Shown here: one piece after another, positions 10,389 through 21,320 of the stretch
How the letters are laid out: each line of letters begins with the position of its first letter
Position numbering within the stretch: the stretch's first letter is position 1
Assembly (NCBI GenBank): GCA_963664015.2
Contig: CAXXLF010000002.1
Location: forward strand, 1,440,001-1,504,000
Direction of reading: 5' to 3'
Length of the DNA: 64,000 bases
Origin: Candidatus Binatia bacterium
Lineage (GTDB): Bacteria > Desulfobacterota > Binatia > UBA9968 > CAXXLF01
The notes under the pieces: generated by a model
The model's database searches: none
What the model saw: only the letters and a program-made list of their open reading frames with translations
Told to the model about the DNA's origin: nothing
Made by a program: the position numbers and the translations under genes

Positions 10389-11666
10389 ATGAGACCGGCC
10401 ATATTCAAGCTTGCCACTATCCTAATTCTGGCGGCGGCGGCAGTGCACCTTGTCTCGTTTTCCGCGGCAGCCAAGGTCATAGAGCGGGTTATCGTCGCCA
10501 TCGACAGTGAGCCCTATACCCTTTCAGACGTTAAAACCTACGCCCGGACCAGCATGAAGCAGGAGCTGAGCAGCAAGGACCTTTCCAGCATAAACGAAGT
10601 AGACAAGATAATCCTGGAGCAGTTCATCACGAATCAGCTGATCACTGCTGAGGTTACCCGGCTAGGGATCAAGATCGGTGAACAAGACGTCGATCATTAC
10701 ATCAACATGGTGAAGGAAAAGAGCAGGATCAATGACGAACAGCTCGTCGAGGCATTGAGACGAGAGGGTATGGACCTGCAACGCTACCGGGCGTCCATTC
10801 GCAGCGAGATTCAGAAGCAGGAGCTGATCAAGCAACAGGTCGAAGGAAAAGTCGACATTACCGAGGAAGACGTGCAGCGCTACTACCGCGTCAACGAACG
10901 AAAGTTTACGACCCGGCCGAAGATTCACCTGCGTCATATCTTGCTGCAACTTTCTGAACGGGCACCCTCCGAGAAGGTCAAGGCCACGTTAGAAAACGCC
11001 AACACCATCCGCCAGCGGGCCCAGCAGGGGGAGCCCTTTACCGAATTGGCTAAAAAGCATTCGCAAGGAGACGGTGCCTCTGATGGAGGGGACCTGGGCT
11101 GGCTCATCCGAGATGACCTGATGAAAGAGATTGCCGACGCCGCCTTTGACGTCCCCGACGGGCAGGTAAGCGCTCCCGTCCGGACAAGCCTGGGATATCA
11201 TCTCATCAAGGTGGAAGCGCGCCTTCGAGGAGAGCCCATTCCCCTTGAAAAAGTGGAAAAACAGATTCGAAAAGAACTCTTAGCCAAAGCGATGGAAGAG
11301 CGCTTCCAACAATGGCTCAAGACGGATTTACGGCGTAGGCATCGGGTTGACATAAAGCTACCCGGTTTTGTATTTCGTGCCGAAGAGACCAAGGAAAGCA
11401 CCGTGGACTCCCTGATGGTCTCATCATCACCAGACGACTACGAAGAGGAAAAAACCCTTTTAAACCGGCTCAACCCCTTTAGTACGTCACCCGTAAAGAG
11501 CCCAACGGGGGAGGTCGTACCGGATCTTAGGCAGGTCAAGCTCTTTGGTTTCCCCCTATTCACCACCGAAAGGGGCGATGACGTGGATGGGGATCTCGCA
11601 GATCCGGAAGAGACGTCACAAGGTTCGGAGTCCCGGGGTTTTTGGGGCTCCATCAACCCCTTTTAA
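10389..11666 (+). CDS. SurA-like peptidyl-prolyl isomerase/chaperone
   Basis: Signal peptide, SurA N-domain, parvulin motifs RHIL, GGDLGW and GYHLIKV; lies between mfd and pdxA. Confidence 0.85.
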   Translation: MRPAIFKLATILILAAAAVHLVSFSAAAKVIERVIVAIDSEPYTLSDVKTYARTSMKQELSSKDLSSINEVDKIILEQFITNQLITAEVTRLGIKIGEQDVDHYINMVKEKSRINDEQLVEALRREGMDLQRYRASIRSEIQKQELIKQQVEGKVDITEEDVQRYYRVNERKFTTRPKIHLRHILLQLSERAPSEKVKATLENANTIRQRAQQGEPFTELAKKHSQGDGASDGGDLGWLIRDDLMKEIADAAFDVPDGQVSAPVRTSLGYHLIKVEARLRGEPIPLEKVEKQIRKELLAKAMEERFQQWLKTDLRRRHRVDIKLPGFVFRAEETKESTVDSLMVSSSPDDYEEEKTLLNRLNPFSTSPVKSPTGEVVPDLRQVKLFGFPLFTTERGDDVDGDLADPEETSQGSESRGFWGSINPF

Positions 11667-11741
11667 TGACACCATATCTCCCGATTCTTCATCGGGGAAC
11701 CAAGATAATGTGGATAATCACCTGAAAGAGAGAATTCCGAG

Positions 11742-12755
11742 ATGGCCAAACCCGTGGTGGCTGTCACCCTAGGAGATCCAGCCGGCGTGGGACCCGAGGT
11801 CATCCTCAAGGCCCTCAGTGAACCGGCGATATACAAAGCTTGCCGTCCGGTGGTTCTGGGCGACCTCGGTGTATTAGAACGCACCCGAGCCAAGGGACCG
11901 GCTTCGCGAATCAATCTAATCCCATGGGATGTGGCCGAGCCTCTTCCCCATAGCAGTCGCACTGTTCCCGTCCTAGCTCTCTCCCGTCTTTCCTCCAGAG
12001 ACTCCCGGCCGGGGCGTCCGTCCAAGGCGTGCGGTAATGCAGCTTATAACTACATCACGGCCGCCGTTAAGCTCATCCAAACTGGGGCTGCCGACGCCAT
12101 GGCGACCGCTCCCATTAACAAAAGGATCCTCCATCTGGCCGGCCATCGCTATCCCGGGCATACCGAATTGCTGGCCGAACTAACCGCCACGCGAGAATGT
12201 CGGATGATGATGTTGGGCCAACAACTCAAAGTGGTTCTGGTTACCGTGCATCTTCCCTTGGCCCAGGTCAGTGAAACGCTGAGTACCAGGCAGGTTCGAA
12301 TCACGCTGGAGCTGACCGAGCGGGCCCTGCGCAAATCCTTTGGCCTGTCACGGCCTCGGCTGGCGGTCACGGGCTTAAATCCCCACGCCGGCGAGGACGG
12401 CATTTTCGGATTGGAAGAAAAGAGGATAATCCTACCGGCAATCAAAGCGGCCAGGCAACGAGGGATTCGGGCCTATGGCCCCTTTGCAGCCGACGGTCTT
12501 TTTCACCAGGCCGTGGCCGGCGAATACGATGCGGTCGTCTGTATGTACCATGATCAGGGATTGATCCCGCTCAAGCTGCTTCACTTCTTCGATGGTGTGA
12601 GCCTAACCCTCGGTCTACCCATCATCAGGACCTCCGTAGACCATGGCACGGCGTATGATATTGCAGGCAAAGATAAGGCCGACAGTTCGAGCATGAAAGG
12701 GGCGATTTTAATGGCATCCCAATTGGTACGGCGGAAAAAGGGAGGCGGGCGATGA
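11742..12755 (+). CDS. pdxA: 4-hydroxythreonine-4-phosphate dehydrogenase
   Basis: GDPAGVGPE, GHTE, LNPHAGE, MYHDQG and RTSVDHGTA motifs. Confidence 0.95.
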   Translation: MAKPVVAVTLGDPAGVGPEVILKALSEPAIYKACRPVVLGDLGVLERTRAKGPASRINLIPWDVAEPLPHSSRTVPVLALSRLSSRDSRPGRPSKACGNAAYNYITAAVKLIQTGAADAMATAPINKRILHLAGHRYPGHTELLAELTATRECRMMMLGQQLKVVLVTVHLPLAQVSETLSTRQVRITLELTERALRKSFGLSRPRLAVTGLNPHAGEDGIFGLEEKRIILPAIKAARQRGIRAYGPFAADGLFHQAVAGEYDAVVCMYHDQGLIPLKLLHFFDGVSLTLGLPIIRTSVDHGTAYDIAGKDKADSSSMKGAILMASQLVRRKKGGGR

Positions 12756-14107
12756 ATCCTCAGATCTTTCGCGAGTACGACATCCGGGGCTTGGCGGACA
12801 AGGATTTTGACAAAGCCTTTGCGCGCCGATTGGGCAAAGTTCATGGGACCACCATCTTCCGGATGGGTGGTCGTCGGGTCGCTGTCGGCCGCGATGCGCG
12901 TCTCAGCTCGGACCGCTACGGGTCGGCGGTCATCGAAGGCCTTGTCTCGTGCGGATTGCATGTTTTTGATTTGGGGATCTGTCCGACACCACTCCTCTAC
13001 TTTTCCCTCTTTCATCTCGATCTGAGCGGGGGCATTCAAATCACCGCCAGCCACAATCCGTCCGAGTATAACGGGTTCAAGGTCTGCCTTCAGAAAGAAA
13101 CCCTTTACGGCGCTCAGATCCAGGAGCTGAGAAAACGGATGGAACACAGCGACTTCATCGAGAAGCCGGGAGGAAAAGTCGAGAGTTGCCCCGTGGACAC
13201 CGCTTATCAGGAGCATATTCACCGCGACGTTCCGGCACTGTCCCGGCCACTGGGAGTCGTCATCGATGCGGGCAATGGGGTTGCCGGCCCCTTGGCGCCT
13301 CAGGTGACCCGTCAGCTCGGATGCCGTGTATGGGAAATCTCCTGCGACCTCGATGGCACCTTTCCCCTCCACCACCCGGACCCGACGATGCCTGAAAATC
13401 TCCAGGATCTGATTCGCAAGGTCAAAGAAGAGGGGGCCGATCTGGGGATAGCCTACGATGGAGACGGGGACCGTATCGGAGTGATCGACGAACAGGGAAA
13501 CATCGTCTGGGGAGACGAGCTCATGATCCTGTTCTCCCGAGATGTCCTTACGCGCCACCCAGGGGCAGTGATCATTTCCGAGGTCAAGTGCTCCCAAAGG
13601 CTGTTTGACGAGATTGCGCGGCTGGGCGGTGTCCCCATCATGTGGAAGGCGGGGCACTCACTGATCAAGGCCAAGATGAAAGAAACCGGTGCGCTCCTGG
13701 CCGGGGAGATGAGCGGTCACATGTTTTTCGCCGACCGCTATTTCGGTTACGACGACGCCATCTACGCTTCCGTACGTTTACTCGAAATTCTGGCCCGAGA
13801 GAATCGCCCTCTCTCATCCCTTATGGCGGATCTTCCCACGCTCCCGTCAACGCCCGAACTGCGCGTCGATTGCCCCGACGAAATAAAATTTACCCTCGCG
13901 GAGCGTGCCAAGGAGTACTTCCGCCAGCACTACGAGATTGTCGACGTGGACGGCGTGCGCATTCGCTTTGAGCAGGGTTGGGGACTCATTCGCGCTTCCA
14001 ATACCCAACCGGCCCTGGTCCTACGGTTCGAGGCCGAGACCCAAGAGAAGCTCGAAGAGTATCGTAGTATCGTCGAAGAGAAGCTACATGAGCTGCAAAA
14101 AGGCTAG
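12752..14107 (+). CDS. phosphomannomutase/phosphoglucomutase
   Basis: FREYDIRG, TASHNP, DGDGDR, GEMSGH and RASNTQP motifs. Confidence 0.93.
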   Translation: MNPQIFREYDIRGLADKDFDKAFARRLGKVHGTTIFRMGGRRVAVGRDARLSSDRYGSAVIEGLVSCGLHVFDLGICPTPLLYFSLFHLDLSGGIQITASHNPSEYNGFKVCLQKETLYGAQIQELRKRMEHSDFIEKPGGKVESCPVDTAYQEHIHRDVPALSRPLGVVIDAGNGVAGPLAPQVTRQLGCRVWEISCDLDGTFPLHHPDPTMPENLQDLIRKVKEEGADLGIAYDGDGDRIGVIDEQGNIVWGDELMILFSRDVLTRHPGAVIISEVKCSQRLFDEIARLGGVPIMWKAGHSLIKAKMKETGALLAGEMSGHMFFADRYFGYDDAIYASVRLLEILARENRPLSSLMADLPTLPSTPELRVDCPDEIKFTLAERAKEYFRQHYEIVDVDGVRIRFEQGWGLIRASNTQPALVLRFEAETQEKLEEYRSIVEEKLHELQKG

Positions 14108-14625
14108 GCAAACCGCCAAGCCCAATGGGCAAAGCGTTCATAATAGGACCACGGACTACTGACTACGGGACTACGAACAGACAGATATAGGGACAGAGCA
14201 AGAAAAGAAAAAGACAGTGGGCAGAAAGCCAGAGGTTGGAGGTCAGAAGTCAGCAAGAAGAAGGCTTACAGAAGAGAGAATCTTGGATTTGAATGCTGAG
14301 AACTAATCAAAACAATGAAAACTTACATTCCGGACACCTTGCCCTATGCGCCTTGCGATTACCCGTCTGCGATTATCGGCGTAGATCTGCGGTTAGCATA
14401 TTTTCTCCGAACTTGGCGCCCTTCGCGTCTTTGCTGCTCGCCCCGTGGTATAACGCTTCGGGCGAATAACCTGCGCGGTGAAGTATATATTCTACAGGGC
14501 AAGCTATCTTTTTCCGTAACTCTACGGTTAAGTATTCTTACCGCTATGCCTTTTGCCTTTTTACTTTTCCCTGTTAACTTGCGCAGCGCTTTGCGCCGTG
14601 CACTTTGCGCTATGCTGTTCTCTAG
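14108..14625. repeat. intergenic mosaic repeat block R1
   Basis: GACTACT/GACTACG and CAGAGGT/CAGAAGT heptamers, then a pyrimidine-rich half; 14147-14220 is a reverse-complement relative of 46441-46522; 14409-14590 matches 52862-52979. Confidence 0.85.
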
Positions 14626-14632
14626 ATAGGAG

Positions 14633-17158
14633 ATGCCGGATCACATTGTAATCAAGGGGGCACGGGTCCACAACTTAAAGGACATCGACCTGGAGATCCC
14701 CCGGGACCGGCTCGTTGTGATCACGGGCGTTTCCGGATCCGGAAAGTCCTCCCTGGCCTTCGACACGGTGTACGCGGAAGGCCAGCGCCGCTACGTGGAA
14801 TCTCTCTCCGCCTATGCGAGGCAGTTTCTGGAACAGATGAGCCGGCCCGATGTCGACTCCATCGAAGGCCTCTCACCGGCTATTTCCATCGAACAGAAAA
14901 ACGCCAGTCAAAACCCTCGCTCGACGGTAGGAACCGCAACCGAGATTTACGATTACTTGCGACTGCTCTACGCACGCATCGGAAAACCGCTGTGCATCCG
15001 GTGCCGCCGGGAGATCTCCGCTCAAACCATTCAACAGGTCGTAGATCAGATCGTTTCTCTCCCACCGGGAACTCGGCTCCTTATCCTGGCCCCCATCGCC
15101 GTCAAGCGTAAGGGCGAGTATCGTCAGAATTTTCAGGACCTGGCACGGGCCGGATTCGCGCGTGTCAAGGTGGACGGGAAACTCCACGAGCTGGATCAAG
15201 AGATTGTCCTGAAGCGGGAGGTCCCCCACGACGTGGATCTGGTTGTGGATCGGCTTGTCGTCAGGGCCGGTATTGAGAAACGTCTGGCGGATTCCCTGGA
15301 GGTTGCCTCCCGATATGGCAAAGAAGTGATCAAGGTAGACGCCTCACCTGGCAATAGTGAGACGAAAATCCAGAGTATGCTCTATAGCCAGAAATTTGCC
15401 TGTGTTCATTGCGGACTCTCATATCCTGAGATCAGCCCACGATTGTTTTCCTTTAACAGCCCCGTGGGCGCATGTCCCAAGTGCAACGGCCTGGGAACCG
15501 AGATACCCAATGAAAGCCCCGAGCAAGGGCTCCCGCTGTTTATCCAGGCTCGTCCGTGCAAATCCTGCAATGGCACTCGCCTGAAGCGGGAAAGCCTTCA
15601 GGTAAAAATCTCTGGGAAGAGTATTGCAGAGGTTTGTTCTCTCCCCGTCCATGAGGCCCTTGAGTTTTTCACTGGCCTGGGACTGAGCCCTCACGAAGAA
15701 ACCATTGCCACCAGGGTGTTAAAGGAGATTAACGCCCGGTTGAACTTCGTGGTTCAAGTGGGTTTGGACTACCTGAGCCTCGACCGAGGCTCGGCTACTC
15801 TTTCGGGGGGAGAAGGACAACGGATCCGGCTGGCCACCCAGATTGGTTCAGGACTTGCCGGAGTGCTCTATATCCTCGATGAGCCGACCATTGGGCTTCA
15901 CCCAAGAGACAATGGGCGACTCCTGGCGATCCTTAAAAACCTACGCGACCTGGGGAACACGGTTCTGATCGTGGAGCATGACCGGGATACCATGGAGGAG
16001 GCAGATTATGTCATCGACATGGGTCCTGGGGCGGGGGTCCACGGCGGTGAGGTCGTTGCATGCGGGACAACCGAAGAGATTAAGGCCAATGAGAAATCCC
16101 TGACGGGACAATACCTTTCCGGGCGCAGATTGATTCCTACCCCACCCCACCGACGGCAGGGAACCGGTGCGAGCCTCACTATCAAAGGGGCCAGGCAAAA
16201 CAACCTGAAAGGGATCACCGTCGCCTTCCCTATCGGTGCCATGACCTGTGTCACGGGGGTTTCCGGATCGGGCAAGAGCAGCCTGGTAGTTGACACGCTA
16301 TACAAGACCCTGGCACCGCGAGTTCCGCGATTGAAGGACAGGACAAGGACATTCGATGAAATCCTGGGCTGGCAGCATTACGACAGGACGATCAACATCA
16401 CGCAGAATCCCATCGGTCGCACCCCAAGGTCGAATCCCGCCACCTTCACCGGGTTAATGGACCCTATCCGCGAGCTCTTTTCTCAACTCCCCGCTGCACG
16501 GGTGCGGGGTTACGGACCGGGCCGTTTTTCCTTCAACGTCAAAGGGGGACGGTGTGAGGCCTGTACCGGAGACGGAATTCTCCGGATTGAAATGCATTTT
16601 CTCCCCGATGTTTTCGTAACCTGCGAGGTTTGTGGCGGGCGGCGTTATAATCGAGAGACATTAGAGATCTTATATAAAGGTAGGGGCATAGCCGATGTAT
16701 TGGATCTGACGGTCAATCAGGCCCTCGAGTTTTTGGGGAACATCCCTCCAATAAGGCAAAAGCTCGAGACCCTCCGGGACGTAGGGCTCGGTTACATCCA
16801 TCTTGGACAGTCGGCTACCACTCTTTCGGGGGGAGAAGCGCAACGTATCAAGCTCTCCCGGGAGCTGAGCAAAAGATCTACGGGCAAAACCCTCTACATT
16901 CTGGATGAACCGACCACTGGCCTACACTTTGACGATGTCAGTAGGCTCCTGGACGTATTAAACAGGATTACCGATGCTGGCAATACGGTCATCATCATCG
17001 AACACAACCTGGACGTTATCAAATGCGCCGACTTTGTCCTCGATCTGGGACCCGAAGGAGGGGATTTGGGCGGCCAAATCCTTGCTCAGGGGACTCCCGA
17101 GGAGATATCTTCAATCCAATGGTCCTATACTGGGCACTTTTTGAAGCCTTTACTATGA
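14633..17158 (+). CDS. uvrA: excinuclease ABC subunit A (short form, 841 aa)
   Basis: Two GVSGSGKS Walker A motifs, two LSGGE signatures, zinc-finger cysteines; AGGAG RBS. Confidence 0.95.
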   Translation: MPDHIVIKGARVHNLKDIDLEIPRDRLVVITGVSGSGKSSLAFDTVYAEGQRRYVESLSAYARQFLEQMSRPDVDSIEGLSPAISIEQKNASQNPRSTVGTATEIYDYLRLLYARIGKPLCIRCRREISAQTIQQVVDQIVSLPPGTRLLILAPIAVKRKGEYRQNFQDLARAGFARVKVDGKLHELDQEIVLKREVPHDVDLVVDRLVVRAGIEKRLADSLEVASRYGKEVIKVDASPGNSETKIQSMLYSQKFACVHCGLSYPEISPRLFSFNSPVGACPKCNGLGTEIPNESPEQGLPLFIQARPCKSCNGTRLKRESLQVKISGKSIAEVCSLPVHEALEFFTGLGLSPHEETIATRVLKEINARLNFVVQVGLDYLSLDRGSATLSGGEGQRIRLATQIGSGLAGVLYILDEPTIGLHPRDNGRLLAILKNLRDLGNTVLIVEHDRDTMEEADYVIDMGPGAGVHGGEVVACGTTEEIKANEKSLTGQYLSGRRLIPTPPHRRQGTGASLTIKGARQNNLKGITVAFPIGAMTCVTGVSGSGKSSLVVDTLYKTLAPRVPRLKDRTRTFDEILGWQHYDRTINITQNPIGRTPRSNPATFTGLMDPIRELFSQLPAARVRGYGPGRFSFNVKGGRCEACTGDGILRIEMHFLPDVFVTCEVCGGRRYNRETLEILYKGRGIADVLDLTVNQALEFLGNIPPIRQKLETLRDVGLGYIHLGQSATTLSGGEAQRIKLSRELSKRSTGKTLYILDEPTTGLHFDDVSRLLDVLNRITDAGNTVIIIEHNLDVIKCADFVLDLGPEGGDLGGQILAQGTPEEISSIQWSYTGHFLKPLL

Positions 17159-17219
17159 CCTATGTAATTACTATAACTATGTTATATAAGCCTCCGACCA
17201 AACCCCTTCCCAAAATGCC

Positions 17220-17262
17220 TTGACATCAATATTTGCTTCCTATATATAAGACCCATTAAGTC
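17220..17262 (+). promoter_or_regulatory. sigma70-like promoter with IscR/Rrf2-like box upstream of iscS
   Basis: TTGACA at 17220-25, TATATA at ~17243, GAC-N7-GTC at 17250-62. Confidence 0.5.
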
Positions 17263-17314
17263 TAGATTGTTATTGTTACGATTGGGCTTATTGTATTCGT
17301 AGTGTGAATAAACA

Positions 17315-18562
17315 GTGAAGATACCCATATACATGGATCATCACGCGACAACGCCTGTGGATCCGAAGGTATTACAGGAAATGCTGCCCTATTTTTGTGA
17401 AAAATTCGGTAATGCGGGTAGCCGCAACCACCAGTTTGGCTGGGAGGCTGAGGCAGGCGTGGATGACGCCCGAGAGCAGATCGCCCGCTTGATCGGTGCC
17501 ACCCTTCCCCAAGAGATCATCTTTACCAGTGGCGCCACAGAATCCGACAATCTGGCCATCAAGGGTGTCGCTGAGGCATATAAGGATGAGGGCAATCACA
17601 TCGTAACCTGCGCGACCGAGCACAAGGCAGTGCTGGATAGCTGCAAGTCACTGGAAAAGATAGGTTACCGTGTTACATTTCTCCCCGTGGACCGGTTTGG
17701 AGCACTGGATCTCGAGAGGTTAGGCGATGTCATTTCCAAGGAGACCATTCTCGTATCCGTTATGGCAGCCAACAACGAGATTGGGACGTTGCATCCTATC
17801 GGTGAGATCGGGCGTATCGTGAAACAAAAGGGAACACTCTTTCATTGTGATGCAACCCAAGGAGTGGGCAAGATCCCCATCCATGTACAAGATATGGGAA
17901 TCGATCTCCTCTCCCTATCAGGGCACAAGTTATACGGTCCCAAGGGAATCGGAGCCCTTTATGTACGCTCCAAGCAACCAAAGATTCGGCTCAAACCCAT
18001 CATCGAAGGGGGCGGTCAGGAAAAAGGGATCCGTTCGGGAACCCTCAATGTTCCCGGTATCATAGGACTCGGGAGAGCCTGCCAAATCGCTCAGGAGCAA
18101 ATGTCCGAGGAGGCAACACGGCTCACCCGTTTACGAGAAAGGCTGAAAGACGGGATCTTTTCGGGCCTCGACAGTGTTTACTTAAATGGGGACCCAGTAA
18201 ACCGCATTCCCGGTAACCTGAATGTGAGCTTTGCCCATGTGGATGGAGAATCCTTAATGATGGGACTCAAAGAGATAGCTGTTTCATCGGGTTCAACCTG
18301 CACTTCTGCGGTTTTCAAACCTTCTTATGTATTAAAGGCTTTGGGCGTAAAAGAGGACCTTGCCAATGCCTCCATCCGTTTCGGGCTAGGACGGACCAAT
18401 ACGGAAGAAGAGGTCGATTACACCGTTAAGCGGGTCGTCCAAGAGGTCAAGCGGCTGCAGGCGGGATCTCAGATCACAGCCGCATCTAAAACCGAATTTT
18501 CTAAGGAACGGGTAACCCAACCTCGTTTAAACCCGTCTAAGGTTGAAGGAAGGATCGTTTGA
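17315..18562 (+). CDS. iscS: cysteine desulfurase (IscS-type)
   Basis: [26 protein letters not shown] (PLP Lys) and SSGSTCTS (catalytic Cys) motifs. Confidence 0.93.
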   Translation: MKIPIYMDHHATTPVDPKVLQEMLPYFCEKFGNAGSRNHQFGWEAEAGVDDAREQIARLIGATLPQEIIFTSGATESDNLAIKGVAEAYKDEGNHIVTCATEHKAVLDSCKSLEKIGYRVTFLPVDRFGALDLERLGDVISKETILVSVMAANNEIGTLHPIGEIGRIVKQKGTLFHCDATQGVGKIPIHVQDMGIDLLSLSGHKLYGPKGIGALYVRSKQPKIRLKPIIEGGGQEKGIRSGTLNVPGIIGLGRACQIAQEQMSEEATRLTRLRERLKDGIFSGLDSVYLNGDPVNRIPGNLNVSFAHVDGESLMMGLKEIAVSSGSTCTSAVFKPSYVLKALGVKEDLANASIRFGLGRTNTEEEVDYTVKRVVQEVKRLQAGSQITAASKTEFSKERVTQPRLNPSKVEGRIV

Positions 18563-18566
18563 ATTC

Positions 18567-18896
18567 ATGGCAACAGGTGTAACCATAAGTGATCGGGCCG
18601 CCGAAAGGATCAGACAGTTAATGGCGGAGGAGAACAAATCCAACCAAGGACTGCGCGTCAAGGTGGTGGGCGGGGGATGCTCGGGGTTGCATTACAAGCT
18701 GGACTTCGATGACCCGAAACCGGGAGACCGCATCTTCGAGAATGAGGGCGCCAAGATCATCGTCGATATGAAGAGCCTCCTCTACCTCACGGGGACCGAA
18801 CTGGAGTATCAGGAGAGCCTGATCCAATCGGGTTTCATCTTTCAGAATCCCAACGTCAAGCGCACCTGCGGTTGTGGTTCCTCGTTTGCAGTTTAG
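18567..18896 (+). CDS. iscA: A-type Fe-S carrier (IscA/HesB)
   Basis: GGGCSG and CGCGSSF motifs. Confidence 0.92.
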   Translation: MATGVTISDRAAERIRQLMAEENKSNQGLRVKVVGGGCSGLHYKLDFDDPKPGDRIFENEGAKIIVDMKSLLYLTGTELEYQESLIQSGFIFQNPNVKRTCGCGSSFAV

Positions 18897-18914
18897 GGGA
18901 GTGGCAAACACCCT

Positions 18915-20078
18915 ATGGGTTCCGAAATTTATTTTGATAATAATGCGACGACCCGTCTGGCGCCCGAGGCCTTCGAGGCCATGCAACCCTATTTGACCGA
19001 GTTGTATGGGAACCCGTCCAGCATCCATAGCTTTGGCAGTCAGGTCGCCAGAAAGATTCAGGAGGCACGGGAGCAGGTTGCCGAGTTGATCGGTGCGGCG
19101 GATCCCATCGAGGTCCTCTTTACCAGCTGCGGCACCGAGGGAGACAACGCTGCTATTCGAAGTATTCTCGAATCCCGTCCCGACAAGCGTCACATTGTGA
19201 CCACGCAGGTGGAGCACCCTGCGGTCCGGGGACTCTGCCAGAATCTGGAAAAGAAGGGCTACCGGGTGACTTGGATTCCCGTCAATCATGACGGGACGCT
19301 CGATTTGGATGAACTCGAAGGGGCCCTGAGCGACGACACCGCCCTGGTTTCCGTCATGGCGGCCAACAACGAAACCGGAGTCGTCTTTCCTATTGAAGCG
19401 ATCGGCAAGAGGGTACGGGGGAAACGTATACCCTTTCATGTGGACGCGGTTCAAGCGGTTGGCAAGACTCCCATCAACGTAAAGAACTGGCCCGTGGACC
19501 TGCTCACCTTATCGGGACACAAGCTCTACGGTCCCAAGGGCGTCGGCGCCCTGTATGTGCGCCGGGGAATAACCTTCCATCCCTTTATCCTGGGAGGGCA
19601 TCAAGAACGTGATCGAAGGGCCGGGACGGAGAACGTGGCCAGCATTATAGGCATGGGCAGAGCCGCTCAACTAGCCAAAAAGCATATGGTGAAAGAGTCT
19701 AAACGATTAAGCCAGCTCCGCGATCGACTGGAACAGTCCCTGTTATCAAATCTCGAGTGCAGAGTGAACGGCGACCGAGAGAACAGACTGCCCAATACCT
19801 TGAACGTGAGCTTTGAATTTCTAGAAGGGGAGGCGATACTGGTCCTCCTTGACGAGTACGGGATTTGCGCCTCAACAGGTTCTGCCTGTACGGCCGGATC
19901 GGTCGAACCCTCCCATGTGCTTCGGGCTATGGGCGTTGAGCCCAGTTGGATCCAGGGCACGTTGCGGTTCAGTCTCGGCCGCTACAACACAGAGCAAGAA
20001 GTAGACTTTGCCGCAGAGAAAATGCCTGGAATCGTGCAGAGGCTACAAGGTCTTTCAGCTATGGGAAAGGCGGGATGA
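18915..20078 (+). CDS. nifS: second cysteine desulfurase (NifS-type)
   Basis: YFDNNATT, FTSCGTE, SGHK and STGSACT motifs. Confidence 0.88.
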   Translation: MGSEIYFDNNATTRLAPEAFEAMQPYLTELYGNPSSIHSFGSQVARKIQEAREQVAELIGAADPIEVLFTSCGTEGDNAAIRSILESRPDKRHIVTTQVEHPAVRGLCQNLEKKGYRVTWIPVNHDGTLDLDELEGALSDDTALVSVMAANNETGVVFPIEAIGKRVRGKRIPFHVDAVQAVGKTPINVKNWPVDLLTLSGHKLYGPKGVGALYVRRGITFHPFILGGHQERDRRAGTENVASIIGMGRAAQLAKKHMVKESKRLSQLRDRLEQSLLSNLECRVNGDRENRLPNTLNVSFEFLEGEAILVLLDEYGICASTGSACTAGSVEPSHVLRAMGVEPSWIQGTLRFSLGRYNTEQEVDFAAEKMPGIVQRLQGLSAMGKAG

Positions 20079-20263
20079 CGGCACGGGGCCGGAAAATGGA
20101 CATCCGAAACAGAGGTACAAATTAAAGTTGTGAATAACACAAATAATTTCAATGACCGTATAGGCGGAGCCACCATATCACGGGAAGCCTTAGTCGGCTT
20201 CTCTTTCGAGTGCGGCTTGTTCCAATCGAGGACCAGGCCGCAGCCGAGAGGGAGGTGGTCACT

Positions 20264-20722
20264 ATGACATATGAATCGAGCCTGACCATGGAAGAGAGGG
20301 TCCAGTCCTTATTCCAGCCAGACACCGTTCTTCCTGCCCAGTACCTTGATACGGTACGCAGGAAGACACATCTAGAACCAGAAAAGAGGCTGATGTTGTC
20401 GGTCCTGGAAGACGCCGTGGCCTGCTTTCAGAAATACGCTACGGCCCGTGATGCGCGCAGCAAGAGTCGCTTAGGCGAAGCGGAAGAGTGGATCCGGGAA
20501 GAAGGAGGCGACTGGCTTTTTTCCTTCGATAACATCTGCGAGTCCCTGGGTCTGAATCCCAAGTATATCCGGGGAGGTTTGCGTCAATGGAAGGAAAAAA
20601 CGTTGACCAAGCCGCCCCAGGCCAAGGTCTATCAGCTGTCGGAAAATCCAAGGGGACAGAAGAAACGCCCGGTAATTTCCGATGGCTCAGAGCCCCGTTA
20701 TCCCAAAGCGGCGGAGCGGTAA
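20264..20722 (+). CDS. conserved hypothetical protein (SLFQPD.VLPAQY...PEKRLML.VLEDAV family)
   Basis: GGAGG RBS, intact ORF, own terminator; family recalled from Binatia-type genomes, not verified. Confidence 0.8.
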   Translation: MTYESSLTMEERVQSLFQPDTVLPAQYLDTVRRKTHLEPEKRLMLSVLEDAVACFQKYATARDARSKSRLGEAEEWIREEGGDWLFSFDNICESLGLNPKYIRGGLRQWKEKTLTKPPQAKVYQLSENPRGQKKRPVISDGSEPRYPKAAER

Positions 20723-20742
20723 TTCGTCTGTAATTGAGTCTC

Positions 20743-20776
20743 AAAGCGGTGGACCTTGCCAGTCCACCGCTTTTTT
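20743..20776 (+). terminator. intrinsic terminator
   Basis: AAAGCGGTGGAC / GTCCACCGCTTT stem with T-run. Confidence 0.85.
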
Positions 20777-20825
20777 AGTTTATATCAATAACAGGGCACC
20801 TCTAACAGTGATTCAACGCTAAACC

Positions 20826-21320
20826 ATGGAGCCTCCTCCAAAGATAAGAATAGGGAACGGAACCCAACGCTCCCTGCAGTGGATCCGCTACCGGACCGGG
20901 GAGATTTTTATACGGGCATTCGTCGCTGTACTGGCGTGGCTACCCGAGAAATTTTTATCCGCCCTCACACGGGCGGGGTTTCGACTCGCCTACCATCGGC
21001 TTTGGAAATACCGGCGACGGATGGAAACGAATCTAGCATCGGTGATGACTGAAGAGTTTCCAAGCCAGAAGGAGCGCGAGACACTCGATTCGCCCAATTG
21101 ATGGACCAGTACCGGCTCCAGGTAGGGATCAAAACCATTTCGGCACGGCCCCGCCGCGTGGCTGCCCAGCGCATTATCAAGGCGCTACGGGGCAATAGCA
21201 TTGTTCTCATCCTCGCTGACGAACTCAAGTCCACCGGAGCAGAGGTGGAATTCTTCGGTCAGGTTTACCCGTTCCCTCGCGGCCCTGTGACATTGGCCAT
21301 GCGGGTGGGGGCACTCCTTC
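20826..21320 (+). pseudogene. lipid A late acyltransferase (LpxL-like) remnant
   Basis: N-terminal hydrophobic segment plus RRMETNL, then IIKALRGNSIVLILAD..VEFFG..PRGPVTLAMRVGA in another frame; middle and C-terminus missing. Confidence 0.65.

Noticed and set aside
12581-13657. Long antisense ORFs (also 4702-5421, 18618-19454, 21503-22348, 35202-36029, 39801-40724, 46900-47688, 53617-54450)
   Set aside because: Shadow frames of well-supported genes on the opposite strand in GC-rich DNA
14315-14629. ORFs inside repeat blocks (also 39508-39843, 46454-46660, 57905-58126, 62443-62748)
   Set aside because: They are translations of shared non-coding modules (recurrent FAFLLFPFNL) without RBS or domain motifs
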